From: a virus
Length of the DNA stretch: 35,941 bases
IMG/VR virus record: IMGVR_UViG_3300029946_000007
Strand: one strand, 5' to 3'
Shown here: piece by piece, positions 29,525-35,941 of the stretch
Position numbering within the stretch: the stretch's first letter is position 1
How the letters are laid out: each line of letters starts with the position of its first letter
Made by a program: the position numbers and the translations under genes
Notes under the pieces: generated by a model
What the model was told of the DNA's origin: nothing
The model's database searches: none
What the model saw: only the letters and a program-made list of their open reading frames with translations

Positions 29525-29525
29525 T

Positions 29526-29894
29526 ATGTGGAAAAAGCTATATTTGGCGCAGGATATTATATTGGCGCATTTGCGGGTTTACTGCCCCGTTCGCACGGGC
29601 AACCTTGCCGCCACGATAACGCCCGATAATAACAGCCTTGTTATTACTATCGGAAACGAAAATATACAGTACGCGCCGTATACCAACGAAGCGTATAAAG
29701 ACGGACGCGTAAACAAAAACGAAGGTTGGATAGATAGAGCAATCGAAGCGGCGCTTCCGATTGTTGAAAGATTCCTTGCAGGAGCTGTCTCAGAAGAAGA
29801 GGTAACAGAGCTTGTAAAGGCTTATAACACGATTTGGCAGGATAGGTTAGACGCGGCGGCGGAAAAATTTAAAGAAGAGGCTATAAGGATATGA
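29526..29894 (+). CDS. HK97 gp10-like neck / tail-completion protein (122 aa)
   Basis: The motif CPVRTGNLAATI is typical of the HK97 gp10 family (from memory). Confidence 0.5.
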   Translation: MWKKLYLAQDIILAHLRVYCPVRTGNLAATITPDNNSLVITIGNENIQYAPYTNEAYKDGRVNKNEGWIDRAIEAALPIVERFLAGAVSEEEVTELVKAYNTIWQDRLDAAAEKFKEEAIRI

Positions 29895-30793
29895 GATTCG
29901 AAGAAGTTTTTAAAGATATATTGAAAGAAAAAATTATAACGGCGGCGGGGAAAAATACGACGTTATCGATTCACGCCGTGAGCGATTTGTTTTTCAAAGC
30001 CGAAAACTTCATAAAAGGCGATAACGACGTTATTATGGTCGTTCAGGGCGGAAACGTAACGAAGAGCAATATCCCCGATTACGATTTAAACACTATGCCG
30101 TTAATCGTCAATTTTATTGTGCCGCTTATCCGTAAAAATGCCTTTATGGGCGTTCTCGGCAATGTAGCCGAAAAATATAACGGCAAGCTTGAAGAAACGG
30201 CGCAGGGAAGCGATGACGGCTCCGTAACGCAGTTCAGAGCTATATATAACACGCCGTTCGTTATAGGCGAATCGCAAGAGATACGTTGCGGAACGGGTAC
30301 GATTAAAATATGCACTGTTCAATGGATTATATCGCTTAATTACGGAAAAAACGCGTACATAAAAACGCCGTCGGTAAGCTTATCGATTAACGGCGTTATT
30401 ATCCCGATTACGCATATCATGCGTTACGAACATGCCTACGCCCCCGCTTACGACGATTATCAGAAATTCGGCGACAAAATCCGCACTTCAAAAAAACTTT
30501 CGGCAATTCGCACATGGGTTTTTCAGATCGCGAAAATAACGCTTTCGGAAAATACAAAATCGAAAATTAAAAGCTTGATAGATTCCCCGAAGTTGTTTGA
30601 TAGCTTTATTAAAGGAATTACAAACGATGATGAGAAATTACAATTTCTTTTTGAAGCGTTTGAGTGGGGTTTAGAACTAAACTACGCGATAAAATTGCAA
30701 AGCGATTATGGCACAATAACGGTTAATCATTTGTCTGTTTCGTCGGGAATCGAAAACAACTCGGGGTCTTATCTTTTAACGTTAGAGGTGTAA
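29891..30793 (+). CDS. Tail structural protein (300 aa), possibly the tube or major tail protein
   Basis: Position only. ATGA coupling to the upstream gene. Confidence 0.35.
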   Translation: MRFEEVFKDILKEKIITAAGKNTTLSIHAVSDLFFKAENFIKGDNDVIMVVQGGNVTKSNIPDYDLNTMPLIVNFIVPLIRKNAFMGVLGNVAEKYNGKLEETAQGSDDGSVTQFRAIYNTPFVIGESQEIRCGTGTIKICTVQWIISLNYGKNAYIKTPSVSLSINGVIIPITHIMRYEHAYAPAYDDYQKFGDKIRTSKKLSAIRTWVFQIAKITLSENTKSKIKSLIDSPKLFDSFIKGITNDDEKLQFLFEAFEWGLELNYAIKLQSDYGTITVNHLSVSSGIENNSGSYLLTLEV

Positions 30794-30794
30794 C

Positions 30795-31274
30795 ATGGCA
30801 TACAGCAAGGTAGAAGACGGCGTTTATAAGATAAAGCTCGATTTAAACGTAAAAGGCGACGGCGGCGACAGTGCAGGCGACACGCCGCAGGATAAACAAG
30901 ATAACGAGAACGGACAGATAGCCGCGGGTGCAGGGCAAACAAAGTCTAAAAACGTTTCAAAAGGGGCGTGGGCTTTAAACCTTGCAAAACAGCAAGGCAC
31001 TAAGTTGGCTTCCGATTTAATCGGTAATATCGGCGATATAACGGGCGATTACATAGCGCAAGCGAATATACAGGAGACGCTCGGAATTTTGTCAACGTTC
31101 GGCGGTATTGCCGCGGCAACGGCGGCGGGCGGAGTAGCCGGGTTTGCCGTTTCTGTAATCGGCGCGGGAGTTTCCGCGGGAATAGGCGCAGTGAATTATC
31201 AGCGGCAAATTTATATGCAAAATAAAAATGCCAAGTGGCTTGCTCAAAGAGTAGGCTACTCAGCATTTAAATAA
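30795..31274 (+). CDS. Gly/Ala-zipper hydrophobic protein (159 aa), resembling a miniature tape-measure or ejection protein
   Basis: GAGGTG SD. Contains FGGIAAATAAGGVAGFAVSVIGAGVSAGIGAV. Confidence 0.35.
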   Translation: MAYSKVEDGVYKIKLDLNVKGDGGDSAGDTPQDKQDNENGQIAAGAGQTKSKNVSKGAWALNLAKQQGTKLASDLIGNIGDITGDYIAQANIQETLGILSTFGGIAAATAAGGVAGFAVSVIGAGVSAGIGAVNYQRQIYMQNKNAKWLAQRVGYSAFK

Positions 31275-31517
31275 TTATTTGTTTTTGTCTTTTGGTTTAT
31301 TGCTAACGTGGACGTTTTTATCATTTACATGATCTTCAACGTCGCAAATAAAAGTAAATAAAGTTAGCGATAAAATTATTTGTAATGCAAAAAAAACGGC
31401 AAATAATAAAAAATACAACTCATGGTTTAGTTTATATTGTGCAATAAAAAGAGCGCAAGGAAAAAGTCCAAATAATCCATTTAATGCAATTATAATTTTT
31501 AAAAATAAATTATTCAT
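31275..31517 (-). CDS. Two-TM small membrane protein (80 aa): a reverse-strand moron in the tail operon
   Basis: It has its own promoter and a GAGGTGA SD. TM segments IIIALNGLFGLFPCALFIAQY and LYFLLFAVFFALQIILSLTLFTFI. Very low GC: 15/60 in a hand count of 31321-31380. Confidence 0.65.
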   Translation of the reverse strand: MNNLFLKIIIALNGLFGLFPCALFIAQYKLNHELYFLLFAVFFALQIILSLTLFTFICDVEDHVNDKNVHVSNKPKDKNK

Positions 31518-31534
31518 ATATTCACCTCATGCAC

Positions 31535-31564
31535 ATAATACCACATAAGGAGCTTTTATGTCAA
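31535..31564 (-). promoter_or_regulatory. Strong promoter of the moron (TTGACA-18-TGgTATTAT)
   Basis: On the minus strand: TTGACA (31564-31559), which overlaps the ATG of the plus-strand 876-aa gene. Extended -10 TGGTATTAT (31543-31535). Confidence 0.7.
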
Positions 31565-34188
31565 ATAAATTTAAGATAATTCACACATCAAAAATTACGG
31601 GCGTAGAAACCGTAATATTCGACAACACTTCTGATAATATCGTTGAAAACGTCGGTGACCTTTTAACCGGCGTACCGATAACCGAGAGCGTTGACGACGG
31701 CATGAATACAGTCGTGCTTCATTTAAAGAGCTGTAAAGGCGATGTAGCCGTTCCCGCGCTTTTCGAACCTTATGATAAGGTTGAGATCCAAAAAAGCGTA
31801 AACGGCTTTATGCAAAGCGAGCTTTATATTGTTGCAATAGATAATAGAAAGGTCGATAATGAAAATTTAAAGACTTACGAAAAAACGATTTCGCTTGTTG
31901 AAGGCACGAAAATTCTCGATAGCATATTTATCTATAATTGCAATTTAACGAATAGCGAAGAAACGCTTGCAAATCAAATTGACAAGTTATTACAAAATGC
32001 CGAAATTATAGTTAATTCTAAAACAAATCGGTTTTCGATTTCAAATGAATTATGGAATATACTCAGTGAATTTTCAAGCGAAGATTTTTTCTTTGACAAT
32101 GTAACATTACGAGAAGCTGTTTATCGCATACTTGAGGTAGCTCATATTCGTCCTTATGTAAATGGTTTAACATATAATAATGGCGATATTTCACTAATAT
32201 TTATTGATTACAAAAGCAAAGTGGATTATGACGAAATAAAATCGCTTACAAATATTGGAACTTTTATCGGTGATGAAGCAGAGGTTTCAATTGATAATTA
32301 TTTCGGCACGGTAAAAGCTCGCGGTTATAATTCAATCTCAAAAAATATTATGAAAATAGGGATAAGTCCGTTTACAACGGCAGAAACTACATTAACAAGT
32401 AATAACGCAATTGCGGATTTAAAATTTGCTATAGAAAGCGTTCAAAGCTTTCAAGTCGGAAAAAACAAGTTAGAAATTACGTTCAAGTGTTTAAAACTTG
32501 GAGTTACAAGAACCGTAAAAGTCATTACAGATTATTGGTATGAAATTTCAAGTTACATAATACCAAACGAATTGTATCAGTGTTTAAGCGAAGAAGAAAA
32601 GAAGCTTAAAATTCCTTATACAAGAGGTTCGTCGGAAATAGGAATGTCAAAAACATATAGAACGGTATTGTTGACGCATTCAGCGTTTTTAGAAATATTA
32701 AATCTTGATTTAGAGAAAAAAGCAGATAGTGAAATATTTAAATTTTGCAAAAAAAATACAATTAAAGACACAACGGGATCTACAGCGTATCTTGATGAGG
32801 TTATTACAGAAATCTCAATAAACACATCCTTTTCAAATCTATATTTTAAAGCGGAGTTTATTCCGCGAATTGATACGGTTGTCGAAATTTCAAAGCCCGG
32901 GGTTTACGATAACGACCGTTTAAAAATAGCAATAGCCGACAACCAAAGCGCAAACAGTATAGATATAGCGCGGCACGGTAGGTCACTTGCAGGGCTTGCA
33001 AGAAGAACGGGAAATGAGGAGATAACGCTTAATTTTATTTGCAATGGTTTTAACAATCTTTTGCCTGTTATGGGTAAATTTACGGGCTTGACGGGGCGGG
33101 ATTCCTACCTTAATAACTACGTTATAACAAAGCGCGAATACGCTATTTATGACGATTATTTAAAAGTTAAATATTACTGTACGAAAGATTATCAAGCGAT
33201 AAACGAAAAAATCGGTGTAGACAGGGAAAAGCGTTTATACAACATTCCGCTTGAATCGTCAGATTGTCCGATTTATGTTAAATACTATGTAACTCTTAAT
33301 TTAAGCAGAAAAAGTAATGACACCGAATTTTCCGATACTATTTTGTTTGATGTTGTAAAAGATTTGATTTTAAATGATTATAACGATGAAAAACAATTTA
33401 ATTATTTATACTTATCTACTCCCGAAGCTCACATCAAACAAATTGTAAATGGTGAATTTGCAACGGCGCAACTTATTGATAACGCTTATTTTGCAATGCC
33501 TCTTTTGGTTTATGCTACTGATAAAAGTGTTATTTTTTCATCGCAACCATTAGATAATTATTCAGTCGGATATTCTCACGGTGGAAGGTATATAAATTTT
33601 TGGGGTGGTGGCGGAGTAAAAATGATTTATAATCCATACACCGATAGCAATGGAGAAAGCACGAGATTTGATATTCGACTTGCGTCGAAGCAAGGGATAG
33701 AAAATCTTCTTTATGCATTTCCTAAAGTTATAACAGGCAAAAGTGATTATACACCAGAAAAAGCGTTGTCAAACGAGATACAAATTGAATACTACAAAGA
33801 CAGGACGCAACGCCCAGTCTTTTTTATTGCGTTTGAATTTTTGCCGTCGAAAGAGCTATACGGTAAAATCGTGTTCGGAGAAGCGGCGGCAAGTCAAAGC
33901 TTTTTTGTGGTCAGCAAAGCTCCCGAAGCTCGTTATGTGTATTCATCGAGCGAGGTTTATCGTGAGGGCGAAACGCGCGTTAAAGGTACGAAATTAGGCA
34001 CGGCAGAAACATATTTCATCTGGAATACGGACAACGGAGTTTACATTACCGCGCGAAATGACATGCCATTATCAAGCTCTTTAAAATCCTACGCAATCGG
34101 CGACGAAAGCGGCAATCTGTTAATCGCTTTTAATATGGCGTTAACCAAAGATACAAAACTATATTTCAACATTTCAAAAAAATTATAA
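31558..34188 (+). CDS. Large tail / baseplate protein (876 aa), Dit/Tal-like by position
   Basis: AAGGAG SD. This is the largest gene and lies directly upstream of the fibres. GC composition inside the gene is mosaic. Confidence 0.5.
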   Translation: MSNKFKIIHTSKITGVETVIFDNTSDNIVENVGDLLTGVPITESVDDGMNTVVLHLKSCKGDVAVPALFEPYDKVEIQKSVNGFMQSELYIVAIDNRKVDNENLKTYEKTISLVEGTKILDSIFIYNCNLTNSEETLANQIDKLLQNAEIIVNSKTNRFSISNELWNILSEFSSEDFFFDNVTLREAVYRILEVAHIRPYVNGLTYNNGDISLIFIDYKSKVDYDEIKSLTNIGTFIGDEAEVSIDNYFGTVKARGYNSISKNIMKIGISPFTTAETTLTSNNAIADLKFAIESVQSFQVGKNKLEITFKCLKLGVTRTVKVITDYWYEISSYIIPNELYQCLSEEEKKLKIPYTRGSSEIGMSKTYRTVLLTHSAFLEILNLDLEKKADSEIFKFCKKNTIKDTTGSTAYLDEVITEISINTSFSNLYFKAEFIPRIDTVVEISKPGVYDNDRLKIAIADNQSANSIDIARHGRSLAGLARRTGNEEITLNFICNGFNNLLPVMGKFTGLTGRDSYLNNYVITKREYAIYDDYLKVKYYCTKDYQAINEKIGVDREKRLYNIPLESSDCPIYVKYYVTLNLSRKSNDTEFSDTILFDVVKDLILNDYNDEKQFNYLYLSTPEAHIKQIVNGEFATAQLIDNAYFAMPLLVYATDKSVIFSSQPLDNYSVGYSHGGRYINFWGGGGVKMIYNPYTDSNGESTRFDIRLASKQGIENLLYAFPKVITGKSDYTPEKALSNEIQIEYYKDRTQRPVFFIAFEFLPSKELYGKIVFGEAAASQSFFVVSKAPEARYVYSSSEVYREGETRVKGTKLGTAETYFIWNTDNGVYITARNDMPLSSSLKSYAIGDESGNLLIAFNMALTKDTKLYFNISKKL

Positions 34189-34199
34189 AGGAGCAAAAC

Positions 34200-35941
34200 A
34201 TGAGGATAACGGTTAACAAAAACGGTCAAGTCGTGGATATAGCCGATTCAACGCTTGTTGCAAATTCCACTTATGGCAACGCAAGCTTTATCGTCGCTTT
34301 TGACGAAAGCCTTACGCCAAGCGAAATATCGAATTTTGCGACGTGTACGTATTCGGTAATACGAGCGGACGGCGTGCAAATCGACAACATGTATATGGCG
34401 TTGAAAGGCGAGCAGTTCGAAGCCGAATTAAAACCCGATTACGGTATACTTGACGTAAACGGAAGTATTCAGATTTCTTTTCAAATAAAAACAAAAGATA
34501 ACGGCAAGGTATTTGCCACAATAGCCGTAGCAGCGTTCGTTCAGACTAATATCGGTAAGCTTACCAAAGAAGAGGCAGACGATGTTGAAACAAGGCTTAT
34601 ATCGCGTTATATCGAGCCAATGGCGGCAAATATCAACGAAAAAGTTGATAAAATCGACAGTGACAACGTAGGGGACAAGGCTTATATAAAAGGCGAGACG
34701 GGCAACACCGAATCGCCCGATTATGTCTATATCGAGCGAAACGGCGAAAAGAAAAGCAGAGCGATTCTCGGAGCAACACAAGACGGCGATTATATTATTC
34801 CCAACGCCGAAAAACCCGCAAATCCCGTCAATCTTGGGCAGTTGCTCGAGCAGTTAAAGCTTTATATACAAGCCATTGAAAAAGGCTCTGCGGGCGGCGT
34901 TGCGCCTTTAAATGAAAATACTCTTATCGACGAGAAGTATATTCCGTCTGATATCATAAACGCGGCTGGTAACGTTATAAACAAGGTCGATAAAATCCCG
35001 CAAGGACCTTACGACAGAGTATATATTGCTCAAGGCTTGTACGATAGCTCCCCCGATAAATTCAGGTCGGTCAACTCAAAAGGTAAACCATACGCATATT
35101 CATTGCTTGGAGCCGACGCGGCGGGCGTGTACCGTGTCCCCGAAGCTACGGACGAGTTAAGCCCCGTCAATCTTAAACAGCTTTTAGCTAAGCTCGAGAG
35201 TTATATTTTAGCAACGGAAAAAGGCACTGCGGGCGGTGTGGCTATACTTGACGGCTCGGGAAAAGTTCCCGCTTCGCAGTTGCCGGGCTTTGTTGACGAC
35301 GTTCTCGATTCTTACGTTCGCCCGGGTGCAACACTTTATTCCGCCGCATGGTTATCGCTTGAGAAAAACGGAGCGGCGTTAACGCCCGAAGAGGGTAAGC
35401 TTTACATCGTAAAAGAGGGCGAGTACGCAAATCATCAATACCGTTGGACAGGCTCTCAGTACGGCGAAATAGCAAGCTCTCTTGCGCTCGGGGAAGTCAC
35501 AGGCACGGCATACGACGGCGGCAAAGGTAAAGCCCTCAAAGACGAGTTAACAGCCGAATCAAAGCGCATAGACGATAACGAAGCGGATATCGCCGCACTG
35601 CGCACGGACGTAGATACGGGCGAAACGTATATCGGAGCCGTCGAACCTGATAATAAACGCTATAAAACGTGGATTGATACTACGGAAGAGCTGTTCTTTT
35701 CAAAATCGATATTAAAAAGCGGCGATTATATCGTCCTCACTGAAGAACAAGACGCAGACGGCACGCCGATTATAAAGATTTCCGTAAAGCCGCCTTATAA
35801 GCGGCATAATGTTAAGATATCGTTTGCAAGTAAAATAAACGAATCCGACACGGTTACTTTTTCAACAGTATTAAGCGCAAGCGTGATATCCACAAGAGCG
35901 ACATTCGTCGGAATGACTTGGAACGAGCTTTGCGACGAACT
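34200..35941 (+). CDS. Tail fibre protein, 5' part. The ORF is open to the window end and continues at 1-316 (about 652 aa in total).
   Basis: AAGGAG SD then ATG at 34200, with no stop before the window end. Same frame as the 41-316 ORF once the 99-bp overlap is removed. Hand translation shows two copies of a fibre motif: EKGSAGGVAPLNENTLIDEKYIP and EKGTAGGVAILDGSGKVPASQLPGFVDDV. Confidence 0.8.
   Translation, partial: MRITVNKNGQVVDIADSTLVANSTYGNASFIVAFDESLTPSEISNFATCTYSVIRADGVQIDNMYMALKGEQFEAELKPDYGILDVNGSIQISFQIKTKDNGKVFATIAVAAFVQTNIGKLTKEEADDVETRLISRYIEPMAANINEKVDKIDSDNVGDKAYIKGETGNTESPDYVYIERNGEKKSRAILGATQDGDYIIPNAEKPANPVNLGQLLEQLKLYIQAIEKGSAGGVAPLNENTLIDEKYIPSDIINAAGNVINKVDKIPQGPYDRVYIAQGLYDSSPDKFRSVNSKGKPYAYSLLGADAAGVYRVPEATDELSPVNLKQLLAKLESYILATEKGTAGGVAILDGSGKVPASQLPGFVDDVLDSYVRPGATLYSAAWLSLEKNGAALTPEEGKLYIVKEGEYANHQYRWTGSQYGEIASSLALGEVTGTAYDGGKGKALKDELTAESKRIDDNEADIAALRTDVDTGETYIGAVEPDNKRYKTWIDTTEELFFSKSILKSGDYIVLTEEQDADGTPIIKISVKPPYKRHNVKISFASKINESDTVTFSTVLSASVISTRATFVGMTWNELCDE
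35843..35941. repeat. 99-bp exact terminal direct repeat, copy 2
   Basis: Identical to bases 1-99. Confidence 0.95.

Overview
The window is a complete, circularly closed genome of a temperate tailed phage or excised prophage. Bases 35843-35941 repeat bases 1-99 exactly, so the unique length is 35,842 bp, and one tail-fibre gene runs across the junction. Strong Shine-Dalgarno sites, sigma-A-type promoters and sporulation-type accessory proteins suggest a Firmicutes (probably Clostridia-like) host; this is inference. Modules, in circular order: (1) Packaging and head, 22401-29894: TerS, TerL, portal, SPP1-gp7/Mu-F-like head protein, scaffold, major capsid, connector proteins. (2) Tail, 29891-35941 plus 1-2641: 300-aa and 159-aa proteins, an 876-aa tail or baseplate protein and two fibre proteins. 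I see no tape-measure-sized gene. (3) Membrane-protein cluster, 2654-5028, sitting where lysis genes normally are. I recognise no endolysin anywhere in the genome. (4) Five-gene accessory cassette, 5205-7565, bounded by terminators, including a BclA-C-terminal/C1q-like protein and a Gly/Cys-rich membrane protein. (5) Minus-strand lysogeny arm, 7564-11778: a two-gene att-adjacent module, attP carrying a tRNA 3' end mimic and arm repeats, a tyrosine integrase coupled to a membrane-anchored XRE regulator, hicAB, and an XRE repressor. (6) A 769-bp locus at 11788-12556 with no credible long ORF, face-to-face consensus promoters and tandem minus-strand terminators. This is a candidate ~400-490-nt structured antisense RNA opposite a ~665-nt early leader, and it is the most interesting unexplained signal here. 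(7) An unusually dense set of small XRE genes with operator arrays, 13861-15322. (8) Replication and recombination, 15461-21489: ERF-type annealing protein, HNH endonuclease, SSB, DUF1064-type nuclease, replisome organiser with an internal ori-like repeat block. (9) A decayed gene remnant and a late regulator followed by a promoter-terminator pair upstream of terS. All functional calls rest on motif recognition by eye, gene order and sequence signals. No database search was possible.
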